From the human T2T-CHM13v2.0 reference genome, Homo sapiens: DNA of 64,000 nucleotides. The stretch lies in the NCBI RefSeq assembly GCF_009914755.1, contig NC_060928.1; one strand, 5' to 3'. The notes beneath the pieces were generated by a model. It did not search any database, had not been told where the DNA came from, and was given only the letters and a program-made list of their open reading frames with translations. Shown piece by piece: positions 39,203-54,710 of the stretch (position 1 is the first letter of the stretch; each line of letters opens with the position of its first letter). Position numbers and translations under genes: made by a program.

Positions 39203-40765
39203 TGATGGGTCTTGGCTCTTTGTCCAGCTTGCTACTCTGTGTCTTTTAATTGGGGCATTTAGCCCATTTACATTTAAGGTTAATATTGTTTTGTGTGGAT
39301 TTGATCCTGTCATCATGATGCTAGATGGTTATTTTGCAGACTTGCTTATGTGGTTGCCTCATAGTGTCACTGGTCTGTGTATTTCAGTGTGTCTTTATAG
39401 TGGCTGGTAACAGTTTTTCCTTTCCACATTTAGTGCTTCCTTCAGGAGCTCTTGCAAGGTAGGCCTGGTGGTGACGAATTCTCTCAGCATTTGCTCGTCT
39501 GAAAAAGATCTTATTTCTCCTTTGCTTATGACACTGGGTTTGGCTGGATATGAAATTCTGGGTTGGAAATTCTTTTCTTTAAGAATGTTGAATATTGGCC
39601 CCCAATCTCTTCTGGCTTGTAGGGTTTCCAGTGAGAGGCCCACTGTTAGTCTGATGAGTTTCCCTCTGTAGGTGGCCTGGCCTTTCTCTCTGGCTGCTCT
39701 TAACACTTTTTCTTTCATTTCAACCTCGGAGAATCTGATGATTATTTGTCTTGGGGTTGATCTTCTCATACAGTATCTTACTGGGGTTCTCTGCATTTCC
39801 TGAATTTGAATGTTGGCCTGTCTTGCCAGGTTGGGGAAGTTCTCCTGGATGATATCCTAAAGTATGTTTTCCAATTTGGTTCCATTCTCTCCATTTCTTT
39901 CAGGTACCCCACTCAGCTGTAGGTTTGGTCTCTTTACATAATCCCGCATTTCCCAGAGGTTTTTTTCATTGCTTTTCATTCTTGTTTTTTTCTGTTCTTG
40001 TCTGCCTATCTTACTTCAGAAATATAGTCTTCAGGCTCTAAGATTCTTTCTTCTACCTGGCCTATTCTGCTATGGGTACCCGTGGTTGCATTGAGAAGTT
40101 CTCAGGTTGTTTTCAGCTCCATCAGGTCAGTTGTGTTTCTCTCTAAACCGGGTATTCTGGCTGTCAGCTCCTGTACTGTCTTATCGTGATTCTTAGCTTC
40201 TTTGCGTTGGGTTACAAACGCTCCTTTAGCTCAGCGAAGTTTGTTATTACCCACCTTCTGAAGCCTGCTTCTGTCAGTTCAGCCATCTCAGCCTTAGCCC
40301 AGTTCTGTACCCTTGCTGTAGAGGTGTTGCAGTCATTTGGAGGAGAAGAGGCACGCTGAGTTTTCAGCATTTTTGCATTGATTTTTCCTCATCTTTGTGG
40401 GCTTATCTACCTTCAATCTTTGAGGTTGCTAACCTTTGAATGGGGTTTTTGTGGGGACTTTTTTGCTGACGTTGTTGTTATTTTGTTTGTTTTCTTGTAA
40501 CAGTCAGGCCACTCTACCATAAGATGGCTGCAGTTTGCTGGGGTCCACTCCAGACCCTAGTTGCCTTGGTTTTTCCCATACCTGGAGGTATCTGAGAAAC
40601 AGCAAAGATGACAGCCACCTCCTTCCTCTGGAAGCTCTGTCCTCGGGGGGTACTGACCTGTTGCCAGCCTGAACACACGTGCAGGAGGTGGCTGTAGACA
40701 CCTGTTGGGGGATCTCAGCTAGTCAGGAGAAATGGGATCAGGGACCTGCTTAAAGAAGCAGTCCT

Positions 40766-41056
<291 letters not shown>

Positions 41057-42111
41057 GAAGCAGTCCTGCTGCTTTTTCATAGAGCAGGTGCGCTGCGTTT
41101 TGTTGCGGGGGGGAGGGGGTGGTCCTTCCTCATCCAGACCATTTGTATTCTCCAAAGCTGGCAGGCTGGAATGACTAAGTCAACCAAACTGCAGAGATGG
41201 TGGCTGCCCCTCCCCACAGGAGCTCCATCCCAAGGAGAGATCAGAGCTCTATCCATAGAACCCTGGCTGGAGTGGCTGAAGCCCCTGCAGGGAGGACCCA
41301 CGCAGTGAGGGGAAGCGGATGGGATCACAATTAAAGAAGCACTTTGGCCACGATCTGGCAAGGCAGCTGTGCTGCCTGTGGGGGACCCCTTCTCATCTGG
41401 ACCATTCGTATTCTCCAAAGTCTGCAGGCTGGAACGGCTGAGTCTACCCAATTGCAGAGATGGCAGCCACCCCTGCCCTGGGAACTCGGACCCTTCTCAG
41501 GCAGAGTCCAGCCTGTTGCTGTTGGCTGGCTGGGATTCCAAGCCAGTGGGTCTTAACTTGTGATGTGCCATGGAAGTGAGGACTGCGGAATGATTCTGCT
41601 TGGCTCCGTGGAGTCAGCCCTCTTCCCAGGAATCTGGAAGGATGGATTTCCCACCTTGCCAGGGATCCTGGGGCCGGAGTATGTAAAACGCCTGGGTCTC
41701 TGTGTGTGGCTGAGTGGCTGCTCTGCTGAAAGTTCCACAAAGCTCTGTGTATCGGGCCCAAGGCACTGGTGGTGGGGCCTCATCAAGGGATCTCCTGATC
41801 CACAGTTGCAAAGATCCATGGGAGAAGCATGATTTCCCAGCAGGGTCCACAATCACTCACCACTTCCTTGGCTGGCAGTGGAGGTTCCTTTGGCTCCGTG
41901 CCACTGCTGAGTGGGCCATTGACCCTCCTACCACTTCTTTTCATTCTCCATGGGTCGAGTTGTTTGCCTAGTTAGTCCCAATATGAGAACCTGGATATTT
42001 CAGTCGAAGGTGCTGAATTCACTCACCCCTTTTCATTCTTCTCTGTAAGCGCCTCAGACCGCAGCTGTTTCTAATCAGCCGTCTTGGATTCACCTGAAGG
42101 TTATTTTAAAG

Positions 42112-42960
42112 TCATCTAGTTTCATGGCTTTAAGAAACACCTGTATTTTGGCTACTCCCAAATTCATATTTCAGCTCAGATCTTTCCCTGGGCCTCCAGA
42201 TAAGACAGAGCTGCGTGTCCAACATCTCCCTCAGGGTATCCAACAGGCACCCACCCATAACATGGAAACTCAAGTGTCTGTTCTGCTCACACAGATCAGA
42301 CCCACCCTGTTGTCCCCTGTTTGGGGACTGGAAACCCCAACTTTGCTCTGGCCAGAAATCTCGGGGACATCCTCTATGCCCCTCACCCACAGCCAGGCAG
42401 CAAATTCTGTGGCCTCCAACCTCGACGTGCATTGGAGCCTGACGGACCCCTGCATTTCTGACCTGGGTGCTGAAGGAGCCACCCCTCATCTTCAGTCTAT
42501 TCCAAAGGAGCAGCCACAATTAGCCTTCAAAATTTTAAGTCAAGTACATCATCCTGTGCTCAAAATGGCTTTGGGCTCATTCGGAGTAAAAGCTGAAGTC
42601 ACTAAAAGAGACTGAGTCACTGTGTGAGCTTGTCTCTTTCCACCCCCAGTCCTGCGTCAGCCTCCGCCTCTGACAGCCACAGGGCTGCCCCTCCCCCTCT
42701 TCATGTCTTTACCCAAACATCGCGCAGGGAGGCCTTCTCTGACTCAAAGTGCACCCCCAGGGCCCCCAGTCTCTTTTCTCAGCTCTATTTTTCCCATAAA
42801 GGAATCACTCTTGTGTTGTAGAAGTCACTTGTGTGCGATGTTTATCCTTCCCATAAGCTCTGGAAGACAGTTTTGTCTCTTTTGTTCACTGATGATTCCA
42901 GGAGGAAGAACAGTGTCTAGCACAAGGCAGGTGCTCCATGAGTATTTGTGGAATGAACTA
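42112..42960 (+). mobile_element. L2 3' remnant (continues from ~34570-34640)
   Basis: catctagtttcatggcttta...ctcccaaattcatatt and the terminal gtctagcacaaggcaggtgctccatgagtatttgtggaatgaa. Confidence 0.7.
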
Positions 42961-44379
42961 AACAGTTTAAGTAATTAGAATCCATGAATGGAACCCTTAA
43001 GCTATTTGCTAGGATGGGCTGTGGTGAAACACCCTTCATTACCCAAATCCTCAGCACACCTGCTACTCACCAGTGTCGCTGACGGGAGTGAGGGGCAGGG
43101 CCTGGTGTCCAGGCCGGGGGTGCTGGATTTTGTTCTGCTCACACAGATCAGACCCACCCTGTTTCCCCCTGTTTGGGGACTGGAAACCCCAACCTTGCCC
43201 TGGCCAGAAACCTCAGGGACATCTTCTGTGTACTGGGAGACTCCCAGAAAGTACTGGGAGACTGCTAGGATGTCTTGATCAGGAAAATGACGGGACCAGG
43301 TCGGTCGTTTCAGAAAAATCTCACTGGCCACAGCATGGAAGAAGGATGGGGTGGACAAGGCTGAGGCTTGGGCCATTCTTGCCCCTTGGTCTCCACACGC
43401 GCCTCTGCCTTGCTTCTGCTGAGACCTGGGCACTGGCAGCCGCCCTGCTGGGCGGATCAAGGCAGCGAAAGCATTTGTTCTCCAAAATGCTGATGGGAGA
43501 TGGCTTGCCCCAGCCACCTTGGTTGTGAAAGAGGAATTTCAAAAGCAGTTGCCGAGGATCCCACTAGGCTTCAAGAACACGTGGCCTCTCTCAAATTCAA
43601 GGCGCCAAAGTGGGGGCAGACTGAAGGGACGTGAGGGAGCCCCACAGGACAGACGGGGGCAAGCGGCCCGGCCACTGGGGCTGCCTCTGCCCAGTCACCT
43701 CCCTCCTCCGGCCTTCGTTCTGCTCCTTTCTACCCAAGGTCGGCCACTCCCCTGCCCTATAAAAACCCACCCATGTCCCCGTCAAGGGCAGCAGGCACCC
43801 CAGGCTGCTAAGACGTGCACTCTGAGCGCCTTCCCAGCCCAGGGACTGTCCCCAAGGTCCAGCTGCCCAGGGGCCCTGAGCAGCCACTCCCACTTCTTGT
43901 CATCACAACCGCTTAAGGACCTGCAGATGAGGGCATCCTATCCCACCCCAGCCCTGGGGGCCATGTTCAGGCCAGGAGAAGCCACCAAACACTGCCACCA
44001 TCTTCCTGGCTCCAGAGGCTCTGTGCCAACACCAGGCCCCCTTGGGCCCACCTAGCCCACAGACCTTGGAGGCAGGTGCACGAGCAGGTGCATCCATCCC
44101 ATGGACTCTGATGGGCTGTCAGGAAGGACGCAGGTAGAGCCCAGGTCCTGCCCAGCAGGTGCAGTTCCAAGGCTGCCTCTGGGTGGCGTGCTTGGACCAG
44201 TCAGGTGCCCTGTGTTCACCTAACACCGCAGAACCGGCTTCCAGCTGCCAGGGCGATGCAAGCCTGTAGAAGCACAGATGCGGTCATTCCTCAGCCCTAC
44301 CCAGGCCTTGAGAGTGGAGGGTCAGGGGCCTCTGCACAAAGGCTTTGATCCCCCAAATACACACAGACCCCCACTTTCC

Positions 44380-45160
<781 letters not shown>

Positions 45161-45617
45161 TGACGTAAGGTTCTTGCACTGTATGTGAAGTGGTATAATA
45201 TGTAAATGTGACAATTCGTAGAGAAAGAAATGTCTTTTCAACCAGTGATGCTGGAACTATTGAATATGCATGTGCAAAAAGAAAAAGAGAGCCTCGATCT
45301 ATACCCGGACCACATATAAAAATAACTCAAAATGTACTGCAGACGTAAATGTCACACCTAAGACTACACAGTTGCTAGAAGTAAACCTAAGCGAACATTT
45401 CTGTGATCTTGAGTGGACAAAGATTTTTTAGCTGTGATTTCAAAAGCATCATCTATAAAAACAATAAACCAGCCTTCATCAGCATTAAAAGCATCTGCTC
45501 TTGGGAAGACACTGTTAACAGAATAAAAAGGCAATTCATAGACTGGAAGAAAGTATTTTAAAATCACATATCTGATAAAGGATTTATGTCTGGAATATAT
45601 AAAGAACAAAATGCATT

Positions 45618-45966
45618 ACAGCACCCCCCACCACACGCTTGTCTGTGGTTCCACTTTGTGTGGTTTCAGTTACCAGCAGTAAACTGTGGTCGGAAAATAT
45701 TACATGCAACAAGATATTTTGAGAGAGAGAGACAGAGCCCACATTCACGTAACTTTTATTACAGTTTACTGTTATAATTGTTCTATTTTATTATTATTTT
45801 TAGTCTCTTATTTTGCCTAGTTTGTACATTAAACTTTATCATAGGTATATATTTATAGGAAAAAATGTAGTATGTATAAAGTTCAGAGTTCAGTACTATC
45901 CATGGTTTCAAGCATTCATTGGGGGGTCTTGGAATGTATACCCAGCAGATAAGGAGAAACTGCTGT
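45618..45966 (+). mobile_element. TcMar-Tigger MITE (MER44-like) within an L1M remnant (~45190-45990)
   Basis: tggtttcagttacc...tggtcggaaaatatt and gggggtcttggaatgtatacc...gataagg features. Confidence 0.7.
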
Positions 45967-45990
45967 CATAAGTAAACAAACAATCCAATT

Positions 45991-46318
<328 letters not shown>

Positions 46319-46329
46319 TAAGGACATAG

Positions 46330-46676
<347 letters not shown>

Positions 46677-47349
46677 TATTGTGTTCACTTTCCTGCACTT
46701 TGCAGATACCGCATGTTTGACTGTTGAAGGTCTGTGGCCGCCCCGCGTTGAGCAAGCCCACCTGTGCCGTGTTTCCAACGGCGTGTGCTCGCTCACATCT
46801 CTCAGTCACACGTTAGTAATTTTGCAATGTGTTGAACTTTATTATGATTGTATCTTTTGTGGTGGTCTGTGGTTGGTGATCTTTGGAGTTACTTGGTCAT
46901 CGTTTTAGGGCTCCATGAACCACGCATATAAGAAAGTGAACTTAATTGATAAGTGCTGTGTGTGTTCTGACTGCTCCATGGACCAGCCATTCCTCCCTCT
47001 CTCCCTTTCCTTGGGCCTCGCTATTCCCTGAGAAACAGCAATTTGAAATTAGGCCAACCAATAACCCTACAGTGACCTCTAAGTCCTCAAGTGAATGGTC
47101 AATCACAAGCTAGACATGATTAGACTCAGTGAGAAAGGCATGTTGAAAGCCGAGACAGGTGGAAATCTAGGCTCGTGCACCAAGCACTGAGTCAACCTGT
47201 GAATGCAAAAAAGAAGTTCTTGAAGGAGATTAAAAGTGCTACCCCGTGGAACACGTGAATAAGGAAGCGAAACAGCCAAATCACTGAGAGGGAGAAAGTT
47301 TTAATGGCCTAGATGGAATGATCAAACCACCCACAACATTCCCTTAAGC

Positions 47350-47620
47350 CAGGGGTCCCCAACCCCCAGGCCACACAGCAGGAGGTGAGTGGCAGGAGAG
47401 TCAGATCAGCAGCAGCATTAGATTCTCAGAACCGTGCAAACCCTACTGTGAACTGCGCGTGCGAGGGATCGAGGTTGCGCACTCCTTGTGAGGATCTAAC
47501 TATCGCCTGATGATCTGAGGTGGAACAGCTTCATCCCAAACCTTCCCCCCGACGCCTAGTCTGTGGAAAAATTGTCTTCCACAAAACCGGCCCTTGGTGC
47601 CAAGAAGGCTGGAGCCAAAG
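47350..47620 (+). mobile_element. MER1B-type hAT-Charlie MITE nested in Tigger1
   Basis: caggggtccccaacccccaggccac start, 8-bp TSD ccttaagc. Confidence 0.85.
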
Positions 47621-48213
47621 CCTTAAGCCAAAGCCTAATCCAGAGCAAGGCCCCGACTCTTAAATCCTGTGGAGGCTGAGAGAGGTGAGGAAGCTGCAGA
47701 AGAAAAAGTCTGAAGCAAACAGAGATGGGTTTGTGAGGTTTAAGGAAAGAAATCATCTCCATAACGTGAAAGTTCAAGGGAGGCAGCAGGTACTGATGGA
47801 GAAGCTGCAGTAAGTTACCCGGAACATCCAGCTGAGATCATGGATGAAGGTGGCCACGCTACACAGACCTTTTATGTAGACAACATAGTTTTCTGTTGGA
47901 AGAAGATGCCATCTGAGACTTTTATAGCTGGAGAGAAGCCAGTGCCTGGCGTCGAAGCTTCATAGGACAGGCTGAGCCTCTTGTGAGGGGCTAATGCAGC
48001 TGGTGGCCTCAGATTGAAGCCAGTGTTCATTCACCATTCAGAAAATCCTAGAGCCCTTAAGAATTATACCACATGCACTCTGCCTGCTCTAGAAATGGAG
48101 CAACAAGGCCTGGATGGCAGCACATGTGCTCCCGATGGTTTACGGAATCCATTAAGCCCACTATTGAGAGCTACTGCTCGGGAAAAACAAGATTCTTTTC
48201 ATAATATTACTAT

Positions 48214-48500
48214 GAGTCTGGGCATGATGGTTCACGCTTGTAATCCCAGAACTTTGGGAAACTGAGGCAGGAGGATCACTTGAGCCTAGGAATTTGAGAC
48301 CAGCCTGAGCAACATAAGGAGACCCTATCTTTATAAAAAATTTTAAAATTAGCCAGGTATGGTAGCTTATGCCTGTGGGCTCAGCTACTCAGGAGGCTGA
48401 GGTGGGAGGATCACTTGAGCCAGGGAGGTCAAAGCTGCAGTCAGCCAGGATCACACCACTGCACTCCAGCCTTGGTGACAGTGACACCCTGTCTGAAAAT
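48214..48500 (+). mobile_element. Alu (AluJ-type)
   Basis: ggaggatcacttgagcc in both arms. Confidence 0.9.
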
Positions 48501-48665
48501 ACATACGTATATTCGTTGACAATGCACCTAGTTCCCAGAGCTCTAACAGAGACATACACAGAGTCATGCTGCTTTCGTGGCTGCTAAAACAACATCCATT
48601 CTGCAGCCCTTGGATCAAGGAGTTGTGTCGACTTCCAAGTCTTACTATTTAAGAAACACATTTCT

Positions 48666-48953
48666 GGCCGGGCATGATGGCTTACGCCTGTAATCCTAGC
48701 ACTTTGGAAGTCCAAGGCGGGTGGATCACCTGAGGTCAGGAGTTCAAGACCAGCCTGACCAACATGGTGTGAAACCCTGTCTCTACTAAAAATACAAAAA
48801 TTAGCCAAGCATGGTGGCAGGTGCCTGTGATCCCAGCTACTCAAGAGGCTGAGGCAGGAGAATCACTTGAACCCGGAAGGCAGAGGTTTCAGTGAGCACC
48901 ACTGCACTCCAACCTGGGCGACAGAGCAAGACTTTGTCAAAAAAAAAAAAAAA
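48666..48953 (+). mobile_element. Alu (AluS-type)
   Basis: Full dimer, TSD acatttct. Confidence 0.93.
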
Positions 48954-49067
48954 CATTTCTAAGGCTATAGCAACCATAGACAGTGATTCCTATGATGGAT
49001 CTGGCTAAAGTTCACTGAAAACCTTCTGGAAAGGATTCACCATTCTAGATGACATTAAGAACACTGA

Positions 49068-49577
<510 letters not shown>

Positions 49578-49924
49578 TAGAACATGTGTTGTCATTTAAA
49601 CGTAGCCAACAGTAAACCCATGCAGACATCAGAAAGGCTGTTGATCCCCTTGGGTTTGCAGAACAGGGCTCTGAGAGTGGGGGCCACAGGCAGAGTCTTC
49701 TAAACCCTCCACAGTCTGGAGTCTGCAAGCGAGTGCTGAGGTCTGGCTTGTTTCTCTGTGAGGCAGACGCTGCTCGGGAGATCCTGCAGGAAGGGTCTTC
49801 CCCTCCTGAGGCAGACGCTGCTGAGGGGGGTGAGGCTCCTGCAGGAAGGGCCTTTCCCTCCCGAGTCATGCACAGCTTTTCTTCAGGGTTAAGCATCGCC
49901 TCTTTTTTTCCAAAAGAAGAAAAA

Positions 49925-50480
49925 TAAAGCATTGTGGTAAAATACATAAACATAAAATGTACCATCTTAACCATTTTAAGTATGCAATTCAGAGGTATTA
50001 AATATGTTCATGATGGCTGCACATCATGAATATATTTAATATGTAAAAGGTTTAATATGTAAAAGGATGTAAAAGGTTTCATCTCCAGAACCTTTTAGTC
50101 TTCCCAAACTGAAACTCGCCACCATTAAACATTCACTTCCCCCTCTCCCGTCCCCACCCCGGCACCCACCATTCCACCTTCTGTCTCTGGGAATGTGACT
50201 TGTGACTGCTCCAGGGACCTCTTACGTGGAATTACACAGTACTTGCCCTTTTGTGTAGGCTTATTTTACTCAGCACAGTGTCCTCAAGGTTCATCCGTGC
50301 TGTGGTGAGTCTCGGAATCTCCCTCCTTTTTAAGGCTGAATAACATCCCATCGTATGAATGGGCCACATTTTCTCACCCACTCATCCCTTGACAGAGGCT
50401 TGGGTCGCTTTCATGTTTTAGCTGTTGTGAATAGTGCTGCTATGAACACGGTGTACAAATGTGTCTTTGAGACCTGTAGG
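49925..50480 (-). mobile_element. L1MB-type 3' end
   Basis: attgtggtaaaatacataaacataaaatgtaccatcttaaccattttaag, a classic L1MB 3' terminus. Confidence 0.8.
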
Positions 50481-50596
50481 GCGGTTTATGGTACAGAATT
50501 GCGTCTGCTTTTCTGCAGCTGTAAACAAAGAGGGAATTTTTTTCACTTCTTACTTTGTCAAGATTTATTTCACCAGAAATTGGGAGAGCTGGCAGG

Positions 50597-50724
50597 TTTT
50601 TTTTCAAAGGGATAGTGTCTTGCTCTGTAGCCCAGGCTGGACATGAACTCCTGGGCTGCAGTGATCCTCCTACCTCAGCTCCTGAGCAGCTGGGACCACA
50701 GGCACACACCACACACCCAGCTAA
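50597..50724 (-). mobile_element. Alu monomer fragment (FLAM/FRAM/AluJ)
   Basis: cccaggctgg...ctcctgggctgcagtgatcctcctacctcagc. Confidence 0.75.
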
Positions 50725-50835
50725 CTGGCAGGTTTTAAGGCCAGGTGTAGGAATTCCATTAATTAATTCTAAGAGGGAAAAAAGACCAGAGTGGGAAGTT
50801 CAAAACTGACAGAGCATAAAAAAGCCAGAAATATG

Positions 50836-51068
50836 TTATTGACCCATGGAAGATTGACACATGGAAGATTGACCCATGGAAGATTGACACGTGGTAGATG
50901 ATTGACACATGGAAGATGATTGACACATGGAAGATTGACACAAGGAAGATGATTGACACATGGAAGACTGACACAAGGAAGATGATTGACACATGGAAGA
51001 CTGACATGGTAGATGATTGACACATGGAAGATGATTGACACATGGAAGATGATTGACACATGGAAGAT
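50836..51068. repeat. 16/19-bp minisatellite (ttgacacatggaaga[tga])
   Basis: Directly visible. Confidence 0.92.
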
Positions 51069-51650
51069 GGGATGTGCCCTGTTTTGCAGGTACAGCACAC
51101 AGGTCCTGGTGAGACCGCTGAGGAGGGAGTGTGGCGCGGAGGAGCCCTGCCCCTTCAGGCTCAGGTGGGGGCGTGAGGGTGGAGCCTGAGGTAGAGTCAG
51201 TGAAGAGCAAGAGGAAGGTGCGGAAGGGGGTCAGGGGAACACAGAGCCCCTGAGCTTAGCAGTGAGGGTTGTGGGAGGGCGTCTGAGCACCTTTGTGTCA
51301 GGGGGAGGCGACCTACCCAGAGAGAGCTGTTGATGCTGCAAAACCCTCAAAGTGGTGACAGGGTAGTAGTGTAAGCCAGGAGGGATGGGAGACAGGGAGA
51401 CACGGGATGAAGGTCTCATTGCAAGTGCTGTGCATCAATGTCATCCGTGCAGCTGAAAACCCGGCTCCCTCGCTGATGGAAAAAATTAAAATTAAAGCTT
51501 CACTGATCATCCTAATGCCATCTCAATGGACTCCTTCGCCTTCCCCAGATTTTCAGTTACATCATCTAAATAACAACAACTTCATCTCTCCCTCCCTGGA
51601 ATTTAGGCTCCAGATTCCTGTTTCCTGTCTTCCAAAGTAACATTAGGGAC

Positions 51651-52204
51651 AGTGTTATGGCGGTTGTCTCAGACTGGCATCGCAGGACATCTGTGAAGAT
51701 GGCACAATCCCTCCCTTCTTTGCCTCGTGCCTCTGCAATGAGACTCTGCTGCTCTGTTATCAAGAGGTGAAGACTTTTCTCTGTCCCTTGAATCCAGGCT
51801 GGGCTGTGACTTACCTTGACCCACAGAGAGTGGCAGAGGAGCCAGGAGGGACCACCCCAGGAAAGGCCTCCAGGCTGCTCAGCTTCTGCTCCTGCCTTGC
51901 AGAACCTTCCCTGAAGGCTGTGAGGCAGCCAGGTCTAGCCCTCTGGAGTAGCAGCAGCTGCGTGGAGCAGCTGAGGCCTCCTGGACCAACCAGTCAGGGG
52001 CGGGCGCCAGCTGCCAGCCTCATGAGAGGCATTGCCACATCCAGCCCAGGACAGCTGCCAGATGGCCAAGCTGCACAGTAACCATAGAGAACTGCCCAGC
52101 TGAGCCCAGCCCAAAAGCCTGACCCACAGAATCATGAGCAAAGAAAATTGTTTAACCCACTAAATTTGGGAGCAGTTTGCTATGCAGCAAAAGATAGCTG
52201 ATAC
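51651..52204 (+). mobile_element. MLT1-type MaLR LTR
   Basis: cacagaatcatgagcaaa...gtttgctatgcagcaaaagatagctgata 3' end. Confidence 0.75.
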
Positions 52205-52638
52205 TCCAGGACTGCCTAGAAAACAGCCTGGGGCAAGGGTTAAGCGTGAGTCATTTACTAAGAAAATACAATTCCAGGCAGTAGTGATTCAGGGAAGAAT
52301 TGGCAGCAAAGCCAGGAACAGCGTTAGTGTCTGACACCTGGCTGTGACAAGCTGCAAAGAGATGCAGCAGGTTGCTCAGCACGAGTGCTCTTGGCCACTT
52401 GCAGGGCGGCATTTCACCCCCGTCTGGAAGTGGCAGAAAAGAACAGCCAAGAGGGAGACGGTGCCCTCCCAGCCCCTGTGACAGGTCAGCACCAGGTGGC
52501 ACCACATGGACCCAGGTGGGCCAGGCAGAGGCGGCTGAGGCAGAGACCAGGAACCTGGGGGACAGTGGCCCTAGGACCATCTAAGGGGAGAGACTACACA
52601 AGCAAAACCTGTGCACCGTTGGAAAGTGAGGAAAGCAT

Positions 52639-52906
52639 CACGCCTTCACCTGCACACAGAGGCTGGGTGTGAAGTGTCAGGGGAGCAGGTGCTGGTCTTT
52701 CTCAGTCACGCCTTCACCTGCACACAGAGGCTGGGTGTGAAGTGTTGGGGGAGCAGGTGCTGGTCTTTCTCGGTCACGCCTTCACCTGCACACAGAGGCT
52801 GGGTGTGAAGTGTCAGGGGAGCAGGTGCTGGTCTTTCTCAGTCACGCCTTCACCTGCACAGAGGCTGGGTGTGAAGTGTCGGGGGAGCAGGTGCTGGTCT
52901 TTCTCT
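52639..52906. repeat. 68-bp VNTR x4 with paired CACCTG/CAGGTG E-boxes
   Basis: Units start at 52639, 52707, 52775 and 52843. Confidence 0.95.
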
Positions 52907-52938
52907 GGAATGCTATTTCCATTCAAGAGCTTTATGCT

Positions 52939-53116
52939 GGGCTGGGCACAGTGGCTCATGCCTGTAATCCCAGCACTTTGGGAGGCCAAGGCGGGCAGAG
53001 CACTTGAGGACAGGAGTTCAAGACCAGCCTGGGCAATATGGTGAAACGAAACCTTGTTTCTACTAAAAATACAAAAATTATCTGAGTGTGATGGCCCACA
53101 CCTGTAGTCCCAGCTA
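52939..53116 (+). mobile_element. 3'-truncated Alu
   Basis: Left arm plus the start of the right arm, ending at tgtagtcccagcta. Confidence 0.88.
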
Positions 53117-54710
53117 ACACTAATGCATAGTATTAGTTTCTTTATTCCCAAGTGCATCCGTGTTAGATAAGCTGCCGATTTTTTTCTCCAAGAGCCCCTC
53201 CCAGGCTGTGTCTTTGCCCTCTGTGGCTGGGGGAAGGCTCCTTCCTGGGTTCTGGGCTCTGTCTTAATCATGCCGGTGCCTCCCTCCAGGGTTAACTCTC
53301 TGGGGAAGCCACCTGGGTCCTGCCTCACTCTGATGAGGTGGCATTAAAATGCCAGAGCATAGGAAGCCTGGCTCCGTTGTGGTCTAGCAGCGAGCACTGC
53401 AGCTAGAATGAGGCAGATGTAGCTCCTGGGACAAGGTGGCACCGGCAGCCGCCTGGAGAGCAACCGGTTGAGGGAAGGTCCTGGCAGGGGCTGTGGCTCA
53501 GGCATTGGGGAGGCGTGGGGTGGAGGGTGGCTGGGCATTGCCAGGTGGTGGATGCCAGTGGAAGAGCAACAGGAAACTGAGGGCATATGCCAACCGTGAG
53601 AGCCCAAGGGGCCCCTGAAGAGAGGCACTCGTCTCCTCTGAGGAAGGGCGGCCAGGCCGAGTGGCCAGCGCCAGCCCCAGTTGTGAGTGACAACGCCCCA
53701 GAGCGTTTAACTGCTCAGCGAAGGCAGGGCCGGGGTGAAGGGACTCCTGGCTGCATCAGCCACCCTGCCATGGAGAAGCTTCTGGACTGAGAGGTACCGG
53801 ATGGTCGGTTGCTGGAGGCACAGCTGAAGCCCCCCTTGGAGTCAGCCCTGTGTGATGGGGGCCAGGAACCCGGGGGACAGTGCACCACCTTCCAGGTACA
53901 CGAAACCCAGGGCACCGTGTGACATCTGACGCCACCAGGAAGACCAGCAGGAGCCTGGAACCAAGAGGCAGAAGTGGGGGTGCTCTCTACTCCCCTTCCC
54001 GCCAGTGACCCTTGGGGCCTGGTGCTTCCTGACCCTGAAATACTGGCTGGCAAGGCTGGGGGTCCTCATCTCCTAAGGGGGCACGCTGTTAACAGGGGCC
54101 ACAACTCAGGTCCTTGCTGCCGGGAACTGGGACTCTGGTGTCCAGGGTTGAGGCGGGAGAGGAGTGGCTGTCTTGGTGGAGAAGCTGGCTCCGAGCAGCG
54201 GAGGATGTGGGGCAGCTGCACACAGGCAGGAAGGGACCTCGTGGGGCCAGGCCAACCTCAGGGTGCCCTTGCCCTGCATCACTGTGCTTGGGCAGGTGCA
54301 GCCACCCCCAACCCAGTAAGAGTGTGATCATTAGGGGTTCAGTCTCCTCACATAGCCAGGGAAGCCCGCAAGACCTACAGAAGTGATAGTCAAGGGAGAG
54401 GAGGTGAAAAGCGAGGATGGAGGAAGAAGGGAGCCCCTGTCACAGCCCAGTGAGAAGCGATGATGGAGGCCAGCTGCAGGGCTGGAGGCTGTGGTGTGCC
54501 CCACTAACTGTGCAAAGTCTTCTCTCGGGGACAGGCCCCAGAAACCATGAGGAGCTCCTCCCCCAACATGGGTGGAGAAGTCGGACTGTGTGGCCCGAGG
54601 CATGGACTGGCCACCATGGTGCCTGCTCAGACCTCCCCTCTAGAGACCCACACTGAGGAGTGGGGCCACGGCCTCCAGGCATCCCCACCACTCGCTCAGC
54701 AGAATTGGAG

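Noticed and set aside
36671-39796. L1 ORF1/ORF2 as active genes
   Set aside because: Fragmented by stops, frameshifts and Alu insertions, and the catalytic FADD motif is degenerate.
43758-43764. TATAAAA box
   Set aside because: An isolated motif with no supporting downstream gene structure.
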